DNA from: a virus
Taxonomy: Duplodnaviria; Heunggongvirae; Uroviricota; Caudoviricetes
IMG/VR virus record: IMGVR_UViG_3300011952_000006
Length of the DNA: 11,691 nt
Direction: 5' to 3' (one strand)
Position numbers and translations under genes: made by a program. Below, one piece after another: positions 1 to 7,747 of the stretch. The notes below the pieces were generated by a model. That model was given only the letters and a program-made list of their open reading frames with translations, had not been told where the DNA came from and did not search any database. The stretch's first letter is position 1, and each line of letters begins with the position of its first letter.

Positions 1-301
1 TGCTGTTTGATGGCAACTCAGCAAATGATTTCGATACACTGACCCCGTCAGCCGACACGGCTTTACTGATAACAACGCCAGAATCATTTTTCTGCTGAAA
101 CAACTTACCGAATGAGGCAATTCTGGCTGCATATGCTCCCGCAAGTTTTACCTCTTCCGGAATACGGGATGGGTTAATTTTCAGGTTGAAGCCATTAAGC
201 CAGGCATTAGCCATTAAAACAGCTTTATTTTTAGCGTTCTCACTCGTCCAGGCGTTCCCAAACGCATTATCAACGTCATCACAGGTCACGTAAGTGATCA
301 T
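1..301 (-). CDS. Putative head completion / head-tail connector protein, 3-prime partial (runs off the left edge). N-terminus MITYVTCDDVDNAFGNAWTSENAKNKAVLMANAWLNGF...
   Basis: ATG at 301..299 preceded by AGGAG 6 nt upstream (ctcAGGAGtaacacATG). Hand translation is open to position 1. Function is a positional guess (gene after major capsid in the head module). Confidence 0.45.
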   Translation of the reverse strand, partial: MITYVTCDDVDNAFGNAWTSENAKNKAVLMANAWLNGFNLKINPSRIPEEVKLAGAYAARIASFGKLFQQKNDSGVVISKAVSADGVSVSKSFAELPSNS

Positions 302-304
302 GTG

Positions 305-481
305 TTACTCCTGAGTTTTCCAGCCCATAGCCTTCCAGTTGTCAACTTCATCAGGATGAACATTAGCGATAGTTGGTGCGCCGGGAAACATCTGATAATC
401 GGTCACCATAACCACTAACTCAATTTGCGTTTTTTGTGCGGCTTCACGCTGTGCTCTTTGCTCTTTAGTTAATCCGGCCAT
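305..481 (-). CDS. Small hypothetical protein, 58 aa (MAGLTKEQRAQREAAQKTQIELVVMVTDYQMFPGAPTIANVHPDEVDNWKAMGWKTQE)
   Basis: Open frame found by hand, absent from the ORF track (too short). ATG at 481..479; stop TAA at 307..305 lies 3 nt before the next gene's ATG and overlaps its RBS. Only a weak G-rich RBS (GGGGGG, 3 nt spacer). Fills the whole capsid-to-connector intergenic space. Confidence 0.4.
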   Translation of the reverse strand: MAGLTKEQRAQREAAQKTQIELVVMVTDYQMFPGAPTIANVHPDEVDNWKAMGWKTQE

Positions 482-490
482 ATGCCCCCC

Positions 491-517
491 ATTAAAAATG
501 GGGCCGAAGCCCCGTTT
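491..517 (-). terminator. Rho-independent terminator after the major capsid gene
   Basis: On minus-strand RNA: GGGGC-UUCG-GCCCC (5 bp GC stem, UUCG tetraloop; plus coordinates 500..513) followed by AUUUUUAAU. Begins 10 nt after the capsid stop codon. An A-run upstream and T-rich downstream flank give it some bidirectional character. Confidence 0.7.
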
Positions 518-523
518 GAATGT

Positions 524-1663
524 TTAACCAAGAATCAGACAACCATGTGCCGGCTTCACTGATGAAACACCCCATGCCAGTCCAACTTCATAGCGCACCT
601 GGCGATACTGACGATACAGTGCAATCTGGAACGTAATCCCTGAAATCGGGTCCGTAACATTCATTACATCATCAGCATTATCGCCACCTTCCGGCATTGC
701 CGGAGTACGGGATGCCAGCAGAAACGCGTTGCGATCAAACGCCATATTTGCCGTAAAGGCCCCAACAACTGTGATGGCAGTATCATCGGCCAGATCCTGA
801 CGCAGTCCGGGCGCTGCAAGAGTAATCAGATTGCTGGTCGCTGCTGCCACAACATACTGATTCGGATCGCCAGCGAACGTAACAATCTGACCTGCAGAAA
901 TACTCCCCGAACCAGTATCAATGGAAATAAGAACATCGCCTTCTTTTTTCTCTCCATTCACGAGATAACCAGTTGCAGCAACCTTTGGCGCTCGTTTCAC
1001 ACCTGCCGAACTGTGAATATTGAATCCCTCCAGACGCCCCAACACGCCCTCACGCAGTAGCTGTTCAGTGCCGGATTCATTCACTTTAAACAATACAGAC
1101 TGTTTTCCGCGCAAATTAGCAATGGCAGTGGAGCCAAGCACCATCTGCAGATCGGTTGTCGGTGCGCCGTTATCCTCCAGAACCTGACGAGCCAGAGCAG
1201 CATCAGAAAGATCATCTTTAACACCAAACGGCGTTGTCCCTGCGGTTCCCACGGCGCGGGAAGCACCGAAATACAACGCACCAAGATCAGCCTCAACCTC
1301 GTTTGCAAGGGCGCGAAAAGCCTGCTTGAACTGATCAGCCAGAATGGTGTTGTAAGTCCCTGAAGGGCCAAGAGCCAGTTGTTCTTCACCATTCCATTTA
1401 ACCGGTGCCATTTTGGATTTAGTAATTTTTACATCAACAGTGCCAATATTTTGATCACCGGTATTCGGAGCTGACGGCCCCGGTACGATATCTTCGGTTT
1501 TCGCCTCAGGCGCAACTGGCGCGGTTACCGTCTGATCTTTTGCTGCGGCGTCAGCTTTTGCGTTTTTTGCTACCGCAGGGATAAAACCTACCTGCTCACG
1601 GGATACAACATCCAGGGCGGTATAAATAGTCGGGATCAACCCGGTCAGGGTATTTCCAGCCAT
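524..1663 (-). CDS. Major capsid protein, 379 aa from MAGNTLTGL... (HK97-fold-type coat of an SPP1-like head module)
   Basis: ORF track 524..1756; start trimmed to ATG 1663..1661 (residue 32, MAGNTL) with AAGGA upstream. Size and position directly after the scaffold gene; Ala/Pro/Lys-rich N-arm linker; followed by a strong terminator. Family assignment is by context, not a search. Confidence 0.75.
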   Translation of the reverse strand: MAGNTLTGLIPTIYTALDVVSREQVGFIPAVAKNAKADAAAKDQTVTAPVAPEAKTEDIVPGPSAPNTGDQNIGTVDVKITKSKMAPVKWNGEEQLALGPSGTYNTILADQFKQAFRALANEVEADLGALYFGASRAVGTAGTTPFGVKDDLSDAALARQVLEDNGAPTTDLQMVLGSTAIANLRGKQSVLFKVNESGTEQLLREGVLGRLEGFNIHSSAGVKRAPKVAATGYLVNGEKKEGDVLISIDTGSGSISAGQIVTFAGDPNQYVVAAATSNLITLAAPGLRQDLADDTAITVVGAFTANMAFDRNAFLLASRTPAMPEGGDNADDVMNVTDPISGITFQIALYRQYRQVRYEVGLAWGVSSVKPAHGCLILG

Positions 1664-1761
1664 AATTAAATATTCCTTAAAAATTTGCGTAATTGTGAAT
1701 AGATGGAGTAATGAGCTATCCAGCCCTGACACCAGCTCCCATCCGGAAGCTGACAAATGTG

Positions 1762-2460
1762 TTAATCAACGATTGTGATACCGTCTTTCAATGCGTTTTG
1801 CTTACCTGCAACATCCAGTGCATCAAAAGCAGAGCGTTTCATCGTTTTCTGACCAATATCATGCTGTGTCGGACGGGAGCCGCCGCCATTGTTGCCACTG
1901 GCTTTCAGGATGTAGTCTTTCTGAGGGTAATTTTCGACAAGGAACTCCAGCGCCTCATCAAACTGCGCCAGTTCGCCAGGCTTCGCGCGGGAATAAATTT
2001 TGTTGCCGGAAGCGTCATAAGCAACGATCCTCCCTTCTTCCACTTTGAATGCCTGCCCGAAGCGGGCTTGTAATAAATCTGCCGGGATCGCAATTTTATC
2101 GGCAATATATTTTGAACCCGCAAAACTACCGCCAATCATAGAATCGTAAAGCTGCTTCTCCAGCATCTGAGAGCGTTGCTTTTCTTCATCTAATTGCTGC
2201 TGAAAATTTTTCGTAATTTCTGCCTTAACCTGGTCAACCTGTCCCGCATCGAGCAGCTTTTTCTGGTCGATTTTTGACAGCATTTCCAGTGCCTCGATCG
2301 CCTTCTTCGGGTCTTCGATAGCGGCAAACTTAGCCAGTTTTTCCTCTGCAGCTTCTTTAGCCAGGCGATGATTTTTTGCCTCGCCATTAAGCTCTGTAAT
2401 TTTTTTTGTCGCCAGCGGTGCATCGAAGCCGATTTCTTTACCATCGTCGTGCAGTATCAA
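1762..2460 (-). CDS. Putative capsid scaffolding protein (coiled-coil, charged), 232 aa as listed. The listed start is a TTG; the true N-terminus is probably an out-of-frame ATG at 2506 (see findings)
   Basis: ORF track; Lys/Glu/Gln-rich coiled-coil-like composition; lies between the Mu-F-like gene and the major capsid gene. No in-frame ATG until residue 60. An ATG at 2506..2504 with AGGT RBS opens a 22-codon frame (MKLKTVEINGKQYAEIDTARRW*) that is out of frame with the long ORF. Confidence 0.6.
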   Translation of the reverse strand: MILHDDGKEIGFDAPLATKKITELNGEAKNHRLAKEAAEEKLAKFAAIEDPKKAIEALEMLSKIDQKKLLDAGQVDQVKAEITKNFQQQLDEEKQRSQMLEKQLYDSMIGGSFAGSKYIADKIAIPADLLQARFGQAFKVEEGRIVAYDASGNKIYSRAKPGELAQFDEALEFLVENYPQKDYILKASGNNGGGSRPTQHDIGQKTMKRSAFDALDVAGKQNALKDGITIVD

Positions 2461-2563
2461 TTTCTGCGTATTGTTTTCCGTTAATCTCGACCGTTTTCAG
2501 TTTCATATTAGTACCTGGTTTAAGTCTTCCGACAGTTACGCTGCTCACCATCCGGATCGCAGC

Positions 2564-2590
2564 AATAAAAAAGGCCACCCGAAGGTAGCC
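2564..2590 (-). terminator. Rho-independent terminator between the Mu-F-like gene and the scaffold gene
   Basis: On minus-strand RNA: GGCUACC-UUCG-GGUGGCC (7 bp stem with one G-U, UUCG tetraloop; plus coordinates 2573..2590) followed by UUUUUUAUU. Begins about 20 nt after the Mu-F-like stop codon. Confidence 0.75.
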
Positions 2591-2610
2591 TGTTGTAATA
2601 AATGATTTAT

Positions 2611-3726
2611 TTAAATCCCTGCTTTTCTGAATACCTGTGCATCACGCTCACGGAGCTGCTTCAGCGTCAGCCATTCGCCTTTATCGGTGTAAAATTCATC
2701 TGGCGACATACCACCATCCCGAATCAGCTTTGCTCGGGTTTCCCCCACAATCTGTTTTTGTCTGGTGTAAGGCTGACGCAAAAACCATTCCCTGTAGGTT
2801 GTATCTCCGGCTACCACGCCATCCATGCTGGCCCGCTCAGCCGGGGAAATATCACGAACATCAATACCCAGTTCCTTCGCTGATTTCAGAATGAACGTTT
2901 CCGTTGAGCGGCAGCAGAAATGAATTTTTCCCGGCCCCTGCAAATAAGGCACGCTGTGACCTACAGGTTTATTATTCAGCGTATATTTGAGGCGATCCCT
3001 GATTCGACATTGTGGCGTAGTACGATTATCAAGCGTTGATAACCATTGCTTACCCTTAATCAAATCATTATTCGCGCTGGCAAAACTCTCACGGGCAGTA
3101 GCAGCAAGATGTCCAACCGCTGTTTTTGCAATGCTGGCCGCATTAGCCCGGCTCATCTGCAATGCACCATCCTGAAATCCCTTACTGACATGTCCCCGAA
3201 TTTTTCTTGCGATCTGCTCATTGGTATCCCCCAGCAAAAAACCCTGACGCACCGTATTTGTTATGCGTCTGAGCCGATCCGCCTCAAGATCTGAGGCCCA
3301 CTCACTGAGCAGTCGTCCCTGGAATGGTCGCGCCATTGCAGCGGCATAAAGTGCATCAGGAGAGATACCAACCAGAGGGTGAACATCAGCAACAAAATCA
3401 GGTAGCATAGAATCAAACAGACTTAACTGATAACCAGCCTCATAAATTGCCAGCTCGTTCAGCTCTCCGGAGAGACTGGTAAACATGCTGTTAATAGCAG
3501 TGCGGTTAACCTTTCTGACGCTCGCCAGAAGTGACTCCAGGCGCTTAACGGTAAAATTACCTGGATCGAGGCTGTCCAGTGCTATCAGCAGGCGAGCAGT
3601 AAGTTCCGCATCGCTGTCATTCAGTATTTTCACCATTCTGGCAGCCACGCCAGTGCTATAGCGGGATATCCAGACTGCATGAGCAATTGATTCATCACGC
3701 AGCCGTTCATTCACGGTTTGCATCAT
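2611..3726 (-). CDS. Minor head morphogenesis protein, phage Mu F-like / SPP1 gp7-like, 371 aa
   Basis: ORF track; size and position directly after the portal gene, as in SPP1-type head modules. Start overlaps the portal stop (3707..3709) by about 20 nt, suggesting translational coupling. Confidence 0.8.
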   Translation of the reverse strand: MMQTVNERLRDESIAHAVWISRYSTGVAARMVKILNDSDAELTARLLIALDSLDPGNFTVKRLESLLASVRKVNRTAINSMFTSLSGELNELAIYEAGYQLSLFDSMLPDFVADVHPLVGISPDALYAAAMARPFQGRLLSEWASDLEADRLRRITNTVRQGFLLGDTNEQIARKIRGHVSKGFQDGALQMSRANAASIAKTAVGHLAATARESFASANNDLIKGKQWLSTLDNRTTPQCRIRDRLKYTLNNKPVGHSVPYLQGPGKIHFCCRSTETFILKSAKELGIDVRDISPAERASMDGVVAGDTTYREWFLRQPYTRQKQIVGETRAKLIRDGGMSPDEFYTDKGEWLTLKQLRERDAQVFRKAGI

Positions 3727-5113
3727 TGATTTCCATCAGCATTACACTCTGATTTTTTAATTCATCGATCACTTCCTCTGGACGGGAATCCTGATCGATA
3801 AATTTCAACGCCTGCAACACCCGAACCGCATCAATCTGACGTATATCACCGCCCTGACGCAATGACTGAACAGCCAGCGCGGAGGATGAGTCAAACACCT
3901 GGGCAGATACATCCAGTTCAGTGCGCACATCCACATTGCCACCGCAACTCTCTCCGCTCCATTCCGCCATTATCTGGAGAATATTATCGAGGGCATCTTC
4001 GAGGGAGTTCGCCATTGTATAAAGCGGCGAGTTTTCCTGCATTCGCTCTTCATTAGTCTGATCAACAGATTTGGTGGATGTATTTTCAGCACGCAGAAGT
4101 TTAGCGCCGGCATGACGCATCTGATTTTCCAGCTTCTCAAGTGATGTTTCGCCAGATTCTATCGCTGCGCCACTATGTTCAACATATTCGAGGCCATTTT
4201 TTGTTCTGTCCTCAAAAATCGTAGCGGTGGATGCACCAACCGTCAGTTCTTCATTCCTGTCCAGCCCGTAGGCCACCAGCAATGGAACGCGGGCAACATG
4301 AAGAATATTGTCCTGCTCGCTCTGGCTTTGCCAGTGCTTGATATTCAGCAAGCCAAGATTAAGCAATGGCGGTGTACCACGCATAAATCCTGTTTTCTTC
4401 GTGTACAGTGTTACCAGAGGAATATCATCACGGCTGGTATTCCATGACTCATGAAGCGTCCAGACAGATTCGCCATTAGTGCCTTCGCTACGTCGATAAA
4501 TTTCAACTCGACGGGGCATAATATGGCGGATCTGCTCCACCTTCTTCTGCCCGAAATCATCACCATCAATAATGATGACCTCTTTTATACGCAAATCAGT
4601 GAGAACAACTTTCCCTTTTTCAACTTTCGATTTCCATCCAATAACCTGGCGTGGATTCAGCATCGTAACGTACGGACGACCACCGGTCGCGTTTTCATCG
4701 GCTTTTGTACGAATCTCTTTCATATCCGTTCGTGGATAGTCCACCAGCGCATGTGCCACACCATACTGAAATGCGAGGCTGAAAAATTGCTGCGCCCACA
4801 CATCCAGTCGGCTCCCCTCCATGTCGATATTTTCTGCATATTCCCTGATTTTTTCCGGCGTTTCCTCACTCAATACTGTCGGCTCTGCAAATATGCGCCC
4901 AATATTTTGCTTGATGCTTTCTTCATACACAGGAAGTAGCGTAGCCACAGACAGGCGTTTTTTATAAGCGTCTTCATCTTCATTAGGCCATTTGGGGAGA
5001 TAATTTTCCCCCTGCCTGCGCATTTCAAGCGTACCGCCCATCAATGCGTCGTTAATATCCCACGCCTCCAGCATATCGTTATAGTCGAGGTTGGGTGTTG
5101 ATATATCAGCCAT
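3707..5113 (-). CDS. Portal protein, 468 aa
   Basis: ORF track; size and position immediately after the terminase large subunit (TAA-tt-ATG junction at 5116/5113). Conserved terminase-portal-minor head order. Confidence 0.85.
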   Translation of the reverse strand: MADISTPNLDYNDMLEAWDINDALMGGTLEMRRQGENYLPKWPNEDEDAYKKRLSVATLLPVYEESIKQNIGRIFAEPTVLSEETPEKIREYAENIDMEGSRLDVWAQQFFSLAFQYGVAHALVDYPRTDMKEIRTKADENATGGRPYVTMLNPRQVIGWKSKVEKGKVVLTDLRIKEVIIIDGDDFGQKKVEQIRHIMPRRVEIYRRSEGTNGESVWTLHESWNTSRDDIPLVTLYTKKTGFMRGTPPLLNLGLLNIKHWQSQSEQDNILHVARVPLLVAYGLDRNEELTVGASTATIFEDRTKNGLEYVEHSGAAIESGETSLEKLENQMRHAGAKLLRAENTSTKSVDQTNEERMQENSPLYTMANSLEDALDNILQIMAEWSGESCGGNVDVRTELDVSAQVFDSSSALAVQSLRQGGDIRQIDAVRVLQALKFIDQDSRPEEVIDELKNQSVMLMEINDANRE

Positions 5114-5115
5114 AA

Positions 5116-6417
5116 TTAAATCCGAAGTGATGTGACTCTTCCGGTCGGTTTGACAATAGGGAATTGCTTAACGATGAAATAACCTCCGGCATCATTCGGG
5201 TGATCATTGCCAGATTTTTTATCAGGCTCCCCCTTCTCATCCCAGACCTGTTGCTCCAGAGATTCGGCATATAACGGGCAACGCTTCACATTAACTTTAT
5301 AGCGACGCTCACCATTGGCATTGCAGAACATTGCATTCATTGAGTTAACGCGATCTTTTACTGGCGGGTTCGAGCTGTTCACCACAACGTTAAAACCAGC
5401 CTGCTTAAGCTGGGCTATATCCGTCGTACTTGCGTTACTTGATTTTCTGGAATCCCCGGAAGCATCTGGATAAATATAAATTTCCCTCACTTTCCGGTAA
5501 TCATTCCCATCATACAGCCAGAAGCGTTCTTTAATGATGCGGATCATATCCGGCGTATCGTAGGCATTGATGATTTCAGTTACCGCACATGGAAGCCCCA
5601 AACGCAGCACATGGACGATCCCCGCCATCTTTCCAACGTTAAAATCCATCCCAATATAAATCGGCTCCCCTGGCTGCTCCACTTCTTCGCAATTATTCAG
5701 TTTCCGGTCAAACTGATGGTAAACAGTACCACTTGTCAGGTTAGTAAACTGTCCTCGAAGATAGGCTTTAATCAGCTCTGGAGGGTATGATTCAAGAAGC
5801 GAAGGAATGTAATCTGCTGGCAGGTTCTTTTCATTATCGAAAGTAGATGCCTGCACCAGACCATACAGTGAGGCCAGCTCTGTTTTTTCACGCACGGCTT
5901 TAACAAACTGCTCGTAGACAAATTTGAATCCTTCCGGCGTGGTTGTAACGTCAATACCGTTGCGAAGTCCATCAATCTTATAACGCATACGTGCAATTAT
6001 CTTGCGCCACGCCGTTCTGGCTTTTTCCTTCGGCAAAATGTCCAGTTCATCCACCAACGCATTACCAATTTTGAAACCGACGATCGTTTGTGGCTTCTCC
6101 ATCGATCTGCAGATAGTGGTTCCCCGATACTGGCGTCCGTAATAAAAGTGAACCTCTTTATTTCCCTCATTAATTTTTACGTTCAATCCCCAGTCAGCAG
6201 CAACTTCTTCCACTGTAGGGTAAAAAATATCGCGAATTTGGGGATACGTTGGCGCAAAATATCCCTGATTTATACCTGGATGCTCCCAAATCCCCTTGCA
6301 TATGCCGCCACACCCAACCCATGTTTTGCCCGAGCCAAAACCAGCAATATAGGCTTTAAATTTATGGGGCATTGAAAGAAATCGCGCCTGAGGCACATTA
6401 AGCGTCGGAGAGATCAT
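5116..6417 (-). CDS. terL: Terminase large subunit (PBSX XtmB / Terminase_3-like)
   Basis: Walker A P-loop AGFGSGKTW near the N-terminus; C-terminal nuclease-like acidic motifs (IYIGMDFN, YIYPDASGD). ORF track 5116..6426 begins with GTG; preferred start is ATG 6417..6415 (MISPTLNV) with AAGGAG 8 nt upstream. Overlaps the terS stop by about 20 nt. Confidence 0.9.
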   Translation of the reverse strand: MISPTLNVPQARFLSMPHKFKAYIAGFGSGKTWVGCGGICKGIWEHPGINQGYFAPTYPQIRDIFYPTVEEVAADWGLNVKINEGNKEVHFYYGRQYRGTTICRSMEKPQTIVGFKIGNALVDELDILPKEKARTAWRKIIARMRYKIDGLRNGIDVTTTPEGFKFVYEQFVKAVREKTELASLYGLVQASTFDNEKNLPADYIPSLLESYPPELIKAYLRGQFTNLTSGTVYHQFDRKLNNCEEVEQPGEPIYIGMDFNVGKMAGIVHVLRLGLPCAVTEIINAYDTPDMIRIIKERFWLYDGNDYRKVREIYIYPDASGDSRKSSNASTTDIAQLKQAGFNVVVNSSNPPVKDRVNSMNAMFCNANGERRYKVNVKRCPLYAESLEQQVWDEKGEPDKKSGNDHPNDAGGYFIVKQFPIVKPTGRVTSLRI

Positions 6418-7492
6418 CTTCATCACTCCTTACTCTGGCATCAACCACATTAATATTGATCGCCACAGGCTGGGGATGTTCATTATCTTCCACCGTTTCG
6501 ATCTCTTTGCCCAGCTTCTGGTTTTCCATTCTGCGTCGTTCAATTTCCAGTTCCTGTAGCCGTTTATCTGCACATAAAGCCCCGCCAGCAGAAAACAAAC
6601 GCAACAATTCACGCCGGGCGGCAGCCTTATCCTCCAGCAGGATCTCAACGCCGAATTTTCCGAATTTTGCCCCTGCATATAATTGCCGCGCATCCCCATC
6701 AAGCAGAGTGGTATCAGCCATATAAAGCTGTCCCGTTCCCTCACCGCAGCACTTCGGGCAGTCCGGATTGGGTATGGCGTTATCAACAAAGCCGAGGCCT
6801 CCATATTCCGGTTCGGGTTTGCCATCTCTGGAAGCCTGCGCCGCTGCCTTGTCGAATTCTGCTATATCGCGCCACTGGTAGAGATGATTCTCGCCCCAGC
6901 AATAACGGCAGTTAACACGGCGAAATTGTGCAAGCTGATTGGGGTCGGCCAGGACAATAGCCATCAACTGACTCACTAGTAAATCCAGGTCTGCGGTATA
7001 GCGTTTCTGGTACTGATTGCGGAAGTAGCTGATAGCGCGAAAAACCCTGGCATTTCTAAGCATACGACTGGCGTTGCTGTTAGCTGTCGCACCTTGCCCC
7101 TCATAACCGGCTAGTCGGTACGCCTCTGTCGGCTTTTTACCCTGAGCAACAAGCATCGCAAACTTAGCCTGCTGGTCAGAAATGCCGAATTCATCGGGAC
7201 AGAACGAAAATTCCTCCGCGTCGCCCTCATTCAGGCCCGCATCGAATACTGGCTTTTTTTCCTGAGATTTTTCGTTCCGCTTTTGTGCAGTCTGCGCAGA
7301 TTTTTTCTGCGCACTTTTTTGCGCAGTTTTGCGCATTTCTGTCTGCGCATTTTTCGGAGGTTTTTTGATGTAACGACGGGCTGTTGCGTAATTCAGTCCC
7401 CTTGCTTCACACCATGCCACCGGAGATATACCGGAGCGGGTGTATTCAGCAATATACTCCTGCTGCAACGCCCCCCAGTCCGGTCTGCTCAT
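6398..7492 (-). CDS. terS: Terminase small subunit, unusually long (364 aa): N-terminal HTH, Terminase_2-like core (EAYRLAGYEGQGATANSNASRMLRNARVFRAI), Cys4 zinc-ribbon-like motif (CRYC...CPKCC), acidic C-terminal tail
   Basis: ORF track; motif pattern recalled for Terminase_2-family small subunits; sits directly upstream of and overlapping terL; AGGA RBS 8 nt upstream of ATG 7492. Confidence 0.75.
   Translation of the reverse strand: MSRPDWGALQQEYIAEYTRSGISPVAWCEARGLNYATARRYIKKPPKNAQTEMRKTAQKSAQKKSAQTAQKRNEKSQEKKPVFDAGLNEGDAEEFSFCPDEFGISDQQAKFAMLVAQGKKPTEAYRLAGYEGQGATANSNASRMLRNARVFRAISYFRNQYQKRYTADLDLLVSQLMAIVLADPNQLAQFRRVNCRYCWGENHLYQWRDIAEFDKAAAQASRDGKPEPEYGGLGFVDNAIPNPDCPKCCGEGTGQLYMADTTLLDGDARQLYAGAKFGKFGVEILLEDKAAARRELLRLFSAGGALCADKRLQELEIERRRMENQKLGKEIETVEDNEHPQPVAININVVDARVRSDEDDLSDA
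7284..7360. repeat. Phased direct repeats of the palindromic hexamer TGCGCA (5 exact copies plus one TGTGCA), each followed by a T-tract, inside the 5-prime part of terS
   Basis: Copies start at 7293, 7308, 7320, 7330 and 7344, with a variant at 7284; spacing 10-15 bp. On the coding strand they encode the Ala-Gln-Lys repeat segment of TerS (KTAQKSAQKKSAQTAQK). Confidence 0.8.
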
Positions 7493-7495
7493 CAG

Positions 7496-7747
7496 TTAGT
7501 CCTGATTTTTATCCACCCTGAGTAGTTCGCGCAGAGCAAAGGCATCCCCTTTTCTGGCAAGCTTAAACAATGCCGCTCGTAACTCGGCTTCACCTTTCGC
7601 TCTGCCCTTACGGATGGCCGCATAAAAATCTGTCATTGCTTCCCGATTTTCTTTCAGTCGGTTCAGATCAACATCCAGAACGTCAGCGATTTGTTGTGCA
7701 GTCATCCGGCACGCTGCCAGAGACTCGACTTTCGAATACGGAATCAT
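7496..7747 (-). CDS. Small putative DNA-binding protein (HTH-like, 83 aa) immediately upstream of terS
   Basis: ORF track; ATG 7747..7745 with extended SD-like GGGGGTGA 3 nt upstream; stop 3 nt before the terS ATG. Its 5-prime end overlaps the 3-prime end of the glycosyltransferase-like gene by 65 nt (23 nt if the start is Met15 at 7705). Basic, helix-rich sequence (MTAQQIADVLDV...AALFKLARKG). Confidence 0.5.
   Translation of the reverse strand: MIPYSKVESLAACRMTAQQIADVLDVDLNRLKENREAMTDFYAAIRKGRAKGEAELRAALFKLARKGDAFALRELLRVDKNQD

Noticed and set aside
1081-1392. 103-aa minus-strand ORF inside the major capsid gene in another frame
   Set aside because: Fully embedded in the capsid coding region; Leu/Arg/Trp-rich composition typical of an off-frame artefact.
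1711-2073. Plus-strand ORFs (1711..2073 and 1791..2048) antisense to the scaffold gene
   Set aside because: They lie entirely within the minus-strand scaffold gene, have no RBS and no recognisable features; typical antisense shadow ORFs.
4451-4939. 162-aa plus-strand ORF (and 4175..4447) antisense to the portal gene
   Set aside because: Antisense to a well-supported portal gene; no RBS; composition typical of shadow ORFs.
6430-6825. 131-aa minus-strand ORF and plus-strand ORFs (6456..6979) overlapping terS
   Set aside because: Alternative-frame or antisense overlaps of terS with no independent support.
7284-7360. The TGCGCA repeat array as a CRISPR array or mobile-element terminal repeat
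   Set aside because: Repeat unit is only 6 bp with 4-9 bp spacers and lies inside a coding region; far too short for CRISPR and there are no flanking transposase or cas genes.
7283-7525. 80-aa plus-strand ORF over the TGCGCA repeat region
   Set aside because: Antisense to terS; the open frame is a by-product of the repetitive, palindromic sequence.
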